From NCBI GenBank assembly GCA_965203905.1, contig CBDBDQ010000005.1, positions 4,768,001 through 4,832,000 on the forward strand: a stretch of DNA of 64,000 bases, in the 5' to 3' direction. This stretch comes from Spirochaetia bacterium (GTDB taxonomy: Bacteria > Spirochaetota > Spirochaetia > SZUA-6 > Bin103). Made by a program: the position numbers and the translations under genes. Each line of letters begins with the position of its first letter. The first letter of the stretch is position 1. The notes under the pieces are model-generated. The model had not been told where the DNA came from. It did no database searches and worked only from the letters and a program-made list of their open reading frames with translations. Positions 18,962 through 29,338 of this stretch are shown one piece after another.

Positions 18962-19042
18962 AATCTAAGTCACTTGTACAGGAAGCGCCCGAATGACTGC
19001 CGTACGAACCCGTATGCAATCAGATGGGGTGCTTTCCTGTCG

Positions 19043-20197
19043 ATGGGAGCGCCCGTGTCAGACGTAAGACTCGTCTACTACATCGGTGCCGGTGCAAGCG
19101 CTAAGTCTCTACCGACGGCAGCAGATATTCCCTCCCGTATGAGAAAACTCGCAAACGCGCTCAGCACCGGCAACTACGAACCTGACTCTCAATACAAACA
19201 TTTGCTTGGGCGATTGTGCGACGAAATGAAAAGCTTGGCTACTCGTGCCGCAGCGTATCCATCTATCGATGTACTTGCACGAATCCTCCATCTTCAAGGA
19301 AAAGACGCCGAGCTACGTAAGCTCAAAGCTACATTATCCACCTATTTGCTACTCGAACAATCTAATAAGCCCTCCGATCCTCGCTACGGTTCATTCTTCG
19401 CATACCTTGCTGATAAAGATGCTAATGGAACACTCGCAATGCCGACTGACTTACGTATTGTATCGTGGAACTACGATATGCAATTCGAAAAATCATTTGC
19501 AGAGTTTATTCCCGACCATCTCTACGAAAAGAAAAGTGATGTCGGCAGGATGTTACAAATTGTACCTACAGGGGTTGAATCTCGTGATCATTACGACGGT
19601 ATCTTTTCGATATACAAACTTAATGGCGCGGCTGGCGTACGAGACCCCTCGGACCGGGGCCACTTTCACAACAACAGAATGATGATCAAGTCCTATGACG
19701 TTGTTATCTTCGGCCAGACCGACAAATTCGACTGTAGTAGCCTTAATCTAGCTCTACACTTCTATGAAAAGGTCATGGGAAATGACGATCCTTACCTGCA
19801 ATTCGCTTGGGAGGACGACAATCGCCGTGCTAGCGTACTTGAACTCATTGACCAATTCTCCCCCGTTGAAATCGTTGTGGTAATAGGCTATTCGTTTCCA
19901 CTGTTCAACCGGGAACTTGATCGTAAGGTGTTCGAATTACTTGGCCCGAGGAAGGTATTCTTGCAAGTCGCCGCGGGAGACGAAGCTGTGAAGGATAGGC
20001 TCGGAGGGCTAGGGGTGGATTCGGAAATCGTCAGGGTCGTTCGTGACGAGGACCAGTATTACATTCCGCCCGCGTACTCACCTTCGGCGTGGCTGTCACG
20101 GGAGAGTCGCGCTGAACGGGACCTGACCTGTCCGCGTTCATCGGGAATGCGGACCCTTCGACCCACCGCATACTGGCCGCCGGCGACCTCAACCTGA
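19043..20197 (+). CDS. SIR2-like (SIR2_2) protein, putative defence NADase
   Basis: YIGAGAS, VSWNYD, YKLNG and VIGYSF motifs; lower GC; the C-terminal tail runs into the EEP remnant. Confidence 0.82.
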   Translation: MGAPVSDVRLVYYIGAGASAKSLPTAADIPSRMRKLANALSTGNYEPDSQYKHLLGRLCDEMKSLATRAAAYPSIDVLARILHLQGKDAELRKLKATLSTYLLLEQSNKPSDPRYGSFFAYLADKDANGTLAMPTDLRIVSWNYDMQFEKSFAEFIPDHLYEKKSDVGRMLQIVPTGVESRDHYDGIFSIYKLNGAAGVRDPSDRGHFHNNRMMIKSYDVVIFGQTDKFDCSSLNLALHFYEKVMGNDDPYLQFAWEDDNRRASVLELIDQFSPVEIVVVIGYSFPLFNRELDRKVFELLGPRKVFLQVAAGDEAVKDRLGGLGVDSEIVRVVRDEDQYYIPPAYSPSAWLSRESRAERDLTCPRSSGMRTLRPTAYWPPATST

Positions 20198-20543
20198 TCT
20201 ATGACGGCAAGACCGGTTGCGCGCAGGACCTGGACGAGCGAAATAGCGGCGTCTTCGAGAGGATGAAGACAATCGGCCTTGAGCTGATAGGGCCACGTTA
20301 CCCGGCAGGGAGAAAGGCCAGCCCCACGCCGAACTACCTACCGCCATGCACCAACAACGTGCCGACCTTCCACACCACGGCCGAAACGCGGGCGAGTGCC
20401 AGTCGGCAGCTTGACTATGTGTTCGCATCGCGGGGGTTTCATGAGCAGGTGCGAGCCAGCGCTCTCAACAAGAAGCTCAATGGGGCCCGAGCGACCACTG
20501 CCGCGTCATGATCGAGGTCGATACGACACCGAGCGACGTGTGA
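20128..20543 (+). pseudogene. Endonuclease/exonuclease/phosphatase C-terminal remnant
   Basis: ILAAGDLN...PTFH...QLDYVFAS...WGPSDHC across frameshifts. Confidence 0.7.
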
Positions 20544-20882
20544 TTACGGCCGCCCCAGTTCCCCCGCTGACGCGCGTGGGAAGGTTGTGCAGGGCGCTTC
20601 CGGGAATGCCCAGTTCCGTCGCCCTCCCCGGTGCTGCCTGGTGAAGGAGGGCCGGTGCGCACGGCCGTATCTAACCGTCCAAGGATCCGTCCTCGGTATG
20701 GGGGTCACCACCCAGTCGAAGTCGCTGCTATAACCATCGGGTGCCGCCAACCGTTCTCGCCTCCTCGTCGGTCAGCGGTCGATTCCCATCAACGCCCCGT
20801 TCTGGACCTCGGAGACCCCTGCCGAGACCGGTGACGTGGCCCCGCCCGCCGCGCCTGTTCCGCAAATGACAGTCTACAGCGG

Positions 20883-21713
20883 TCACAACGAGCTCGACTC
20901 GGGTTCGTTCTGCTTCTTGCTTGCCGCTTGATGATGCTCGGCCCGTGCGTCTATCGCGTCCATGACCAATTCCCGACAGTCCACAAGGGCAGCGATAACG
21001 TCGCTCTCGAAATTCAGTCTGTGGTGCTTGTACCGAAGAATCGACGACTGAACGAAATCTGGCTGATTGAAAATCGTCAGTGCGTCCGCGTCAAACCTTC
21101 CTCCTCCGACCTTCCCCTCGGCGCGTTCATCGATGTGCTCGAACGCATTGCGCATCTCGATTACGGCTTCCCGTGTCTTTGTCACGCTGTCCTGCACCCG
21201 CAATTCTGGGCAGTGTTTCTCCACGAGAGCATTCACCATCCGGTAGCATCGGCCGAGAGCTACAATGGCCACCTCTGCCGCCGCGAGTGCGTTGAAATGT
21301 GCCAATCGCTGAGGGATTCCGCCTTCTGTCCTTGCCTTATCCCGCGCTTCGATGGCCAACACCCACAACGCATGGGCAGCGTCCGTACGCCGGGAAAAGG
21401 CGAATAAGAAAAGGAAGAATCCCAGTTGTTCTGTTGCAATCCGGTACCATGACCAGACGGTATTCGCTACGGGTCGGTACCCGCCAGTACGCTTGGGGTT
21501 GTAGTGTTCGTCAATGTCCCGTGAATCGATTACAAGCTCTCCCGCCGGAAATACAATCCTATCTCCGGGCTCCAGGTGGACGACCTCACCAGTGTCTTCT
21601 TCACCACGCCGGAGGGTTCGAGCGTAGACGATGTTGCCCTCGCGCCTGATTGGGACGACTCTCCCACTGAATAGAAAGGATCCTTGATCTTGATTGTCGT
21701 TTTCGGAAGTCAT
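20883..21713 (-). CDS. HEPN-like protein
   Basis: MRNAFEHIDER (Rx4H) in a helical C-terminal domain; beta-rich N-terminus. Confidence 0.6.
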   Translation of the reverse strand: MTSENDNQDQGSFLFSGRVVPIRREGNIVYARTLRRGEEDTGEVVHLEPGDRIVFPAGELVIDSRDIDEHYNPKRTGGYRPVANTVWSWYRIATEQLGFFLFLFAFSRRTDAAHALWVLAIEARDKARTEGGIPQRLAHFNALAAAEVAIVALGRCYRMVNALVEKHCPELRVQDSVTKTREAVIEMRNAFEHIDERAEGKVGGGRFDADALTIFNQPDFVQSSILRYKHHRLNFESDVIAALVDCRELVMDAIDARAEHHQAASKKQNEPESSSL

Positions 21714-22537
21714 TTCGTGTCCAGCGTCCCATGATGCGTCAGCAGCGCAGCGAGCGTCAAGTGAGCGGAGGCCGCGGTGTCATGACGGACGGGAGTTACC
21801 GTGTTGTTCGGTGCGGTGGTCGGTGGGCGCGATACTGGCCGTCCTGGATACCGCTGATCCGTGCGCAAGGGAGCATGGCAGGAGCCGGCCCGGAGGGTTT
21901 ATGGACCGGCACAGGCTGTTTGGTGCGGGTGTCGAAAGCGGCCATTAAGGACGCGGGATCGGTCGACGCCGCCCTCGCCCGGCGGTAACTGGGACATGCG
22001 TTTACGAGTGCCGTCATCTATACAGTTACAGTTGTAGTCGAACTCATCGTGAAGCACATCTGGGAACGAGAGCACCTTTCCGAACTTCGCCATCGAACTG
22101 ACACGCTGGGCAGCCGGTCGAAGGGTTATCAGGGATGGCCCGGCCTCGAACCGCAGATGAAATCCAGTTCGCGCGGGCAGTGAAGCCGGGAGCCGGTAGC
22201 TTCCGGGAACGGGTGCTCTGTCGCCTCCCGCCTCTCCCGCAAGATGGACTGGGGCTGCTCGACCCCGCTTGACGCCGCGGCGCCAGTCGAGGATGGTGGC
22301 GCCTGTGAGTGCCGAGGCAATCGCCATAGCTGGGGTCGGCGTGGCCCTGTTGGCCGTGCTGGTACCGCTGATCCGCTGATCCTGACCTTGCATGGCCGTG
22401 TAGTCGCCGAGTTGGGCGTGCTACGCCGCGACCTGCACGCCCTGGCGGAGCGGTTGCCCGCATCGGGGGTGCGGTTGACTGGCTCCTGACTGCCAGCTTG
22501 GCAGGGTGCCGGCGACCCCTAAATCTGAGGAGATACT

Positions 22538-22795
22538 TTGATGTCTGATCTATGCAAACGAGTCCTCTTTGCACTTGCCGACGGTGAGCATGCTAAGCGT
22601 GAATTGGTTATCGGCCGTATGATTACGGAAGGGTTGCCTGTTGCTGGTGCCAAGATCATGGGTGGCTGGCCGTTCAAAGAAGGCTTGCGTCGCGGGCTCG
22701 TTCGACGACCGCAACGAGGCATCTACCAGATTACCGATGCAGGCCGCGCGGCTCTGAATCAAATGGGACCCGCCGGCGGTCACAGCCAAAGGTAG
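22538..22795 (+). CDS. Stand-alone winged-helix protein (Mrr N-terminal-like)
   Basis: GLVRRPQRGIYQITDAGRAAL; GAGGAG RBS. Confidence 0.6.
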   Translation: MMSDLCKRVLFALADGEHAKRELVIGRMITEGLPVAGAKIMGGWPFKEGLRRGLVRRPQRGIYQITDAGRAALNQMGPAGGHSQR

Positions 22796-23000
22796 TCCGC
22801 TCTTTCGTTCCATCAAACCAGGTGCCGGCACGCCCCCTGGGAGGCCACCGCCGAGCGACCTGCCACTACCGATAAGGGCGCTTCTGTCTCCCGTAGGCAT
22901 GGCCGGCGCCGCCTTTCACTACGCTCGCTGGACACGCTGCCCTGCGTGGGGATACAGTGTTTGGCCGTCGGGGTGACTCGCGAATAGAGCTCAATGGAAA

Positions 23001-23201
23001 ATGATCGAGGACGCTATCGTAACTGAGGACGAGGAAGAGGCCAGCGACATGATTCGCCGGGCGAACGAAGAGAGCCAGCAGCAACTTCGTGCCGACGGCT
23101 TGGAGCCCACACGCAAGATCGTGGTCATTGACCAGTACCGTCATAACGTAGAGATCGACTCGGATATGCCGTGGCTGGTCCGGACACGGCCCATTAGCTA
23201 G
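23001..23201 (+). CDS. Hypothetical protein (66 aa)
   Basis: ORF track; ends at the IS terminus. Confidence 0.35.
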   Translation: MIEDAIVTEDEEEASDMIRRANEESQQQLRADGLEPTRKIVVIDQYRHNVEIDSDMPWLVRTRPIS

Positions 23202-24160
23202 TTCCTGTCCGATAATCCCGAATTGAGAGAAGGCATGCCAACGGCGAGGCTAGTGGAGCGTGTTCAGGGCCTTTAACAACTCACGAATCGGCGACCCCTC
23301 ACGTGATCGTGACGCGTCCGGGGCTCAGTTTTGACATTTCAACGGACGCAGAGCCCGCCGGGCAGCCCGATTACGACACAGCGAGCCGTCGAAGGCGCCC
23401 GAGAAACCGTCAGATGAGAGGAGCCGCGCCCGGTGGCGGGCGTCAGGTGGGCAGTAAGCGAACGAACCGCAGCAGGTTGTGGGCGAACACTGCCGAGTGT
23501 ACGTAGGCCTGGAAATGTTCCCAGCCGCGCCAGTGGCAGCGATCCAGCCCGAAGCAGCGCTTCAGATAGGAAACGCCTGCTTCAACGCCCGCCCGAAAGC
23601 GCTTGAGTTGGCCGTAAATCCACGCCGAAGGCGTCATCTCGGTCGGCTCCAGCCCGCTTTTCTTGTGGAACACCACGTGTTCGACTCCCAACTCCTTGGC
23701 GGCTGCCAGATTCGCCTGCGACGCATAGCCGCCATCGAAAGCCGCTCGTTGCGGTGCCTCGCCGTAGATTGCCACGTGCCGCTCCAGCATCGGCAGGCAG
23801 CGTTCGCTGTCGGCCGGGTTGCCGCTCTCCACCACCACGTCAAGCACCAGCGCACTGCGCCCCGTGGTCAGGTTGATCTTGTGTCCGTAGTGGGTCGCAC
23901 GCCCGCCCTTGCGGATGATGTCGGTGTGCGGCTCGAACAGACTCACCACCTTCCCGCTCGCTGGCACCGTTTCCCCGGCGAACACGCGGCGCTTGGTCTG
24001 ATCCACCACCCGCTCGAGCAGCTCAAGGTACGAGCGCACCTCGCTGCACCACCTCTCGGTCCACGGCGCAGCTTCGCAGGCCACCACCGGCAGCGCTGCC
24101 TCGACGTAGCCGATGGTCCGCTTCACCACCCGCAGCAACTTCCGGTAGGTGGCCGCGCGC
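23201..24160 (-). mobile_element. ISNCY-type IS remnant (3' half of the transposase at 23443..~24150 plus right end)
   Basis: SLFEPHTDII.KG...YGHK...GNPAD...FDGGYAS...FRAGVEAGVSYLKR; terminus GTTCCTGTCC at 23201; 5' half missing. Confidence 0.8.
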
Positions 24161-24522
24161 GCAGATCCAGCAGGGGCTTCCCCCGCTTGGGTTCGATGTC
24201 GGAAACGAGTCTACCAGACTGTGCGGGCCGTAGTTGTTATCGGCAGAGTGGTCGGATGGGTACTTCCGAGACACCGAGGGGCGTGTCCGTGCGTGGGACG
24301 GTGGAAAGACGAAGGAGGAATGCAGCTCCTGATAGTTGCAGGCCAGCGACGGGGCCGGGCAGCTTGGTCAGCGGCCGTCGTTCTGAGGCCCCGGACGGGC
24401 GTCAGAAACCCGTTCCAAGAAGCTGTATGGGCGGCCGGAGCAACCACCGTCTCGACTGAACGGGTTTGTACGGAAGTGAACACAGAGGTGGCATCGGCAC
24501 GCGATCTAGCGAGGGTGATCGG

Positions 24523-24867
24523 ATGAGCAACACGTCGTCGGAACCTGATGCTCTCCGTTGGCGCGCGGGCATGGTAGAGCTGAAAAAAGATGCGGTGGCG
24601 GTGGCGCGCAAACTGGAACGGCGGTTGGAACACGCTGAGATCATAGGTCGGTACCTTTGGAAGACACATGACAACGGTGTTTATTTCCTCTGCGCAAGTG
24701 CCGTTGTGGCACTCTTTCTCATCGTAGTGCCGGCAGTAGCTCAGAACCTGATCATCACCGATCGGAAATTGCCGCCGAACTACACTAACTTGAAGCAAAT
24801 AGTTGGACCCGCGGCGTATCGGGCCCATAAAGTATATTTTGGCCGCTTTGGAGGGCTATGGTCGTGA
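24523..24867 (+). CDS. Small membrane protein (first gene of the WD40-STAND operon)
   Basis: One hydrophobic helix (VYFLCASAVVALFLIVVPAVA); overlaps the WD40 gene start. Confidence 0.55.
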   Translation: MSNTSSEPDALRWRAGMVELKKDAVAVARKLERRLEHAEIIGRYLWKTHDNGVYFLCASAVVALFLIVVPAVAQNLIITDRKLPPNYTNLKQIVGPAAYRAHKVYFGRFGGLWS

Positions 24868-27800
24868 AACTCAATACGTTGAAATGTAAGTTATTGAAGC
24901 CGTTATCCATTGCATTCTTGCTAATCGTATCCCCATTGTACTCCGACGATATTCGCTTTGTTCCCGTCCACGAATTAACCAATTTTAGGCCAATGGATGC
25001 CATCTACCACCCGCGTGACAACCACCGGTTGATGGTTCTCAATCAAGGTGGGCGAGTTGACATTTTTGACATCAATATCTGGAGCGAGCCTAAGAAGATC
25101 TTAGAAATCCCAACTGGAGCATATACTGTTGCGTTTAGTCCCGACGGGAAGCAGATCGTATCTGGAGCGGACGACGGAACTGTACGTATATGGAATGTGA
25201 ACGAAGCCGGAGGCATGCCTAACACGCTTGGTACCCATGATGGATGGATCTTTACTGTCGCGTTTAGTCCCGACGGGAAAAAGATCGTATCCGGAGGGCA
25301 AGACGGCAATGTACGTCTATGGAATGTGAACGACACTGTAGGAGTGCCTTACACGCTTGGTACTCATGACGGATGGGTCTCTACTGTTGCGTTCAGCCCA
25401 AGTGGCAGCCACATCGTGTCAGGCGGTTACGACAAGACGATGAGGATCTGGCACTTAGATTCCCCTAACACCGTAAGTGCGCCGTTAGCCGCACATGATA
25501 GCACTGTCCACAGTGTCGAGTTTAGTCCCGACGGAAACTTTGTCGTATCAGGTGATGCTTTCGGAGTCCTACAGTTGTGGGATGTTACCGACCTTGCTCG
25601 ACCTACGCTCGTAGGAATCCCCATCGAGGCTCATCGAGACGAATTATGGGATGTATCCTTCAGTCAAAATGGAGAATATATCGTCTCCGGAGGCAGCGAC
25701 GGAGCTATCCGATTCTGGTCTGTTGCCGATATCAGGAGCGGCAAAAAGGTAGTCGGTACGTTGATTGAGGGTCACAGATTCGGGGTCGGAAGTGTCCGCT
25801 TCAGCCCCGATGGAAACCGAATTATAACGAGCGGCGAGGATCGTACCGTGAGAGCCTGGGACGTCCATGGTATTGTCTCGATGCCCGGTTTTCTTGAGCA
25901 TGGTAGTTGGGCGACAACTGTCTCGTTTAGTCCGACTGGTGGATATATCGCGTCAGGTGGATACGACAACATAGTTAGACTGTGGGATGTCTCGGATTTT
26001 GCCGATGCTAGGCTAAAAGGAGAGTTGGAAGGGCACGAAGACGTGATAAACAGTCTTGCGTATAGCCCAAGCAGCAGCATAATTGCATCGGGCAGCAACG
26101 ACGGGTCGATCATTCTTTGGAACATCGAAGACATTGAGAAACCGAGAGCTATGGGCGAACCGATTTCAGGAGATAAGTTTTACGTAAACGCTGTTGCGTT
26201 CAATCCGGATGGAACGCACCTTGCATCAGGAGGAACTGCCGGTATTCGACTGTGGCATGTGGACGAGGGCCGATTGACCGAGACGTGGCGCGATGCGCAT
26301 GACGCCTGGATAACGGCCGTCGCATTTAGTTCTGACGGAAAGTATCTTGTGTCGGGATGCGACGAAGGGCTCCTGCGACTGTGGAGCGTAGAGGACGTCC
26401 ATAATATTAGGCAAATTGGCACTCCTTTGTCGGCGCATTTTGGAGTTCGGAGCGTGGCCTTCCATCCCGATGGAAAGCACTTCGTGTCTGGTGGAGATGA
26501 CGACCAAGTGTTGATGTGGAACGTTGACAAGATTGAAGCCGGAGATGGCCGTGGCAGCCCAATCCCGGGACATGGAGGCGAGATTCTTAGTCTGTCGTTT
26601 GATCGGCAGGGTACGTATCTCTTGTCAGGTGGTTATCAGGGTGATCTGGGATTATGGGACTTCAAAAAAGGACGGAAGATCAGCGTACCAACCGAGGGAC
26701 ATAGAAGTTGGATTCAGAGTGTCGCGTTCAGCCCAGACGGACGTCATATGGCCTCGGCCGGAGGAGATGGTACGATACGATTGTGGCGATTGGGTAACGG
26801 CACCAGTGCTGGCGGCCCACTGAAGAACCTCAGCGGACTGATGAGGAACGTGGTGCTAAGTTCGACCGGTGATCAAATTGTTTCAATTAGCGAGCGTGGT
26901 GTCGCTCGCCTATGGCGTTCGGACGGCGTTAGGTTGCTAGGTGCCACCAAAGTGACTAGCGCGGAGTTTAGCCACGACGACACGAGGTTGTTTTTGGGAC
27001 GAGACAACGGTGCGGTGGAGATCTGGGACACAGATAGTGCGACGTACGTGGGCGAGGCACTGGGCGGTCCGAGGAGCGCCGTGAACAGCATAGCCGTGGG
27101 CCCGGAAGGGAAGCACGTTGTGTCAGTGCGCCGTGATGGTTTAGCGATACTCTGGGACGTGGACAGCCTCTCATCTACGGATCACGAGGCCGCCATCGAA
27201 AGCGCCGCGTTCAGTCCAGATGGCACGCGTGTCGTCCTAGGCACCAACGACGGCACGGTACGGCTGTGGGACGTCAGAGTCCGAGATCGAGTAGGCGGAG
27301 CCGGCGAGGGACATCATGGTCCCGTTGAGAGCGTGGCGTTCAGCCCGGATGGAAACCACGTCGTGTCAGGGGGCGAGGACGGGACAGTCCGTTTATGGGA
27401 GGTCAATGATTTGCGCCTCTCAGGCGGCCTACCGATCGGAAACCACTTCAGGAGCGTTTGGAGTGTCGACTTTAGTATCGACGGGGAACGGGTGGTTTCA
27501 GCCGGCCATGACGGGAACGTTAGAATATGGGAGCGAGATGGTGAACAGATGGTACAATCAGCAGTTATTTGCGGGAGTGGATATCGTGAAATACGCTCTG
27601 TGAATTGGATAGCGCCTAGTGCGATCATAGTGGGCTGCCGCGATAGGACCGTGCTCTTGAACTCTAGTCTTGGACGTACGGGAGAGGTTTTTGTACTCCG
27701 AGAGGGGCTTGTAGCGACGATTGAGGGGCACGGTGTGTATGCATCACCGCCGAACCTAAAAGACAAGATAACTGCTTTCATCGGATCCGAAGATCAGGGC

Positions 27801-29336
27801 GTCGCAGACGTTATATCAGATCGACAAATGCAGCACTATCTGTTTGGGAGGTCAGACCCATGGTTGATCATCGGCACGACCACGGAAAGGGCAATAAACA
27901 AAGTCGTTGAGTTTCATAGGAGACTTGGAGTCTATTCGGTAGGCCTGTGGCTCCTGCTGGCGGAAATTATCGGAGTGTTGGCAGTAGTCACCGCGTGGCT
28001 ATTTTGGCCCGCGAAGTTGGCTTGGTGGTCGATGCCAAAGGCTGGCAGCAGACATGCGGTACTTGAGATCTTTGAAGATAGCAGTAATCCGGTAACTGCG
28101 CGGCTGTCTGGTGTCGTTAGATTGCTTACTTTATTCCATGTACTAGGTCGCACGAAACGTCCCTTGGTAAAGTGGCTACAAGAGAGTCGTCCGGAGATCG
28201 AAGAAAGATGTTTCACTGACCGAACTCAGGTGCGCGAGCGTGCCAATTATTGCTCCGTTGGAAATGAGGACGATACAGCAAGATTCTTAAGCCATCTCGA
28301 CGCCAATGAACGTGGGCTAATTTGGATATTGGGTGCTGGTGGCACTGGCAAGAGTGCGCTAGCTATTCACGTAGCCGGTGAGACCCTCGTGGGGAACACC
28401 AACAGACCGATTCCGTTATATATTGGTGAGGACTGGAAGGGATCACTTGCTGCGCAAGTGGCCCGCTACTTGCGAGGTCCCAATTGGACCAGAGGGCCGA
28501 CTGAAAATATGGTCAAGACGCTCGGGGCTTTGGGTCTAGTCTGCCCATTGGTAGATTCATTGAGCGAGCGGAGCGACGAGGCTGGAACATCGGTGAAGAG
28601 TGCGGTGTTGGAGCACGACTTCAGACACGTTATAGTGACGTCTAGGAGAGAAGTGCACGATGAGCAGTTGGAACAGATAGTGGAGTCCATTGAAGTTCAT
28701 CAACTAAAACGTGCTAACATACTACCGTTTATTGAGTCATACCGAGATTACTACCGCATCGATGTAGGATCGGAGGAGGTGAGGCGAAGAATTCAACCGC
28801 TCTTCGACGACGGTAGGAACATGCCTAGCCCTCTATTTCTTCGCTTCGCCATTGCGGAGGCCACGGCGGGGCCGGTGGGTGTGATAGATAATATGACCCT
28901 CGTGTTGAGGTATATGGAGGCGCTGCGCGCTGATAAGATAGATATTCGTAGCGAGGACATGGAGCGAGCGGCGGGAGTGGCAGCGATTAGGGCCGTTCAA
29001 GACAGGTTGATACCGGGTGAAGTCTCCGTGTCGGAATTACGAGAGACGCTAATGGCTGAGATCAACTCAGATGAGTTCTACGACGTGGCGGGAAAGGAGT
29101 CAATACGTCCACCGGAGGTTGTTAACTTGTTGGTGGAATCGGGGCTCTTGGTGCGTTGGTCAAATACCCTTCAGTTTACATACGATCCAGTAGCGGAATA
29201 CCTTGCCGCGTGGTGGGTGAGAAGAACACGCCGTGGCAATCTTGAAGGCCTGCGCAGTCGCATAGAGCGTGCGGCTAATACGGGTGTGGGGCGCGCTTAT
29301 CAGGAGGTAGCGGTGGCACCGCGACAGGCTATCTAG
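24858..29336 (+). CDS. Signal peptide-WD40 (~21 repeats)-TM-STAND/NACHT NTPase
   Basis: Repeats of GH...VAFSPDG..IVSG.D..VRLWD; TM GLWLLLAEIIGVLAVVTAWLFW; Walker A GAGGTGKS; Walker B LVDSLSE; VTSR; SPLFL; FTYDPVAEYLAA. Confidence 0.9.
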   Translation: MVVKLNTLKCKLLKPLSIAFLLIVSPLYSDDIRFVPVHELTNFRPMDAIYHPRDNHRLMVLNQGGRVDIFDINIWSEPKKILEIPTGAYTVAFSPDGKQIVSGADDGTVRIWNVNEAGGMPNTLGTHDGWIFTVAFSPDGKKIVSGGQDGNVRLWNVNDTVGVPYTLGTHDGWVSTVAFSPSGSHIVSGGYDKTMRIWHLDSPNTVSAPLAAHDSTVHSVEFSPDGNFVVSGDAFGVLQLWDVTDLARPTLVGIPIEAHRDELWDVSFSQNGEYIVSGGSDGAIRFWSVADIRSGKKVVGTLIEGHRFGVGSVRFSPDGNRIITSGEDRTVRAWDVHGIVSMPGFLEHGSWATTVSFSPTGGYIASGGYDNIVRLWDVSDFADARLKGELEGHEDVINSLAYSPSSSIIASGSNDGSIILWNIEDIEKPRAMGEPISGDKFYVNAVAFNPDGTHLASGGTAGIRLWHVDEGRLTETWRDAHDAWITAVAFSSDGKYLVSGCDEGLLRLWSVEDVHNIRQIGTPLSAHFGVRSVAFHPDGKHFVSGGDDDQVLMWNVDKIEAGDGRGSPIPGHGGEILSLSFDRQGTYLLSGGYQGDLGLWDFKKGRKISVPTEGHRSWIQSVAFSPDGRHMASAGGDGTIRLWRLGNGTSAGGPLKNLSGLMRNVVLSSTGDQIVSISERGVARLWRSDGVRLLGATKVTSAEFSHDDTRLFLGRDNGAVEIWDTDSATYVGEALGGPRSAVNSIAVGPEGKHVVSVRRDGLAILWDVDSLSSTDHEAAIESAAFSPDGTRVVLGTNDGTVRLWDVRVRDRVGGAGEGHHGPVESVAFSPDGNHVVSGGEDGTVRLWEVNDLRLSGGLPIGNHFRSVWSVDFSIDGERVVSAGHDGNVRIWERDGEQMVQSAVICGSGYREIRSVNWIAPSAIIVGCRDRTVLLNSSLGRTGEVFVLREGLVATIEGHGVYASPPNLKDKITAFIGSEDQGVADVISDRQMQHYLFGRSDPWLIIGTTTERAINKVVEFHRRLGVYSVGLWLLLAEIIGVLAVVTAWLFWPAKLAWWSMPKAGSRHAVLEIFEDSSNPVTARLSGVVRLLTLFHVLGRTKRPLVKWLQESRPEIEERCFTDRTQVRERANYCSVGNEDDTARFLSHLDANERGLIWILGAGGTGKSALAIHVAGETLVGNTNRPIPLYIGEDWKGSLAAQVARYLRGPNWTRGPTENMVKTLGALGLVCPLVDSLSERSDEAGTSVKSAVLEHDFRHVIVTSRREVHDEQLEQIVESIEVHQLKRANILPFIESYRDYYRIDVGSEEVRRRIQPLFDDGRNMPSPLFLRFAIAEATAGPVGVIDNMTLVLRYMEALRADKIDIRSEDMERAAGVAAIRAVQDRLIPGEVSVSELRETLMAEINSDEFYDVAGKESIRPPEVVNLLVESGLLVRWSNTLQFTYDPVAEYLAAWWVRRTRRGNLEGLRSRIERAANTGVGRAYQEVAVAPRQAI

Positions 29337-29338
29337 CT

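Noticed and set aside
23201-23230. CCGATAA as another dif-like site
   Set aside because: Part of the ISNCY terminus; no matching right arm.
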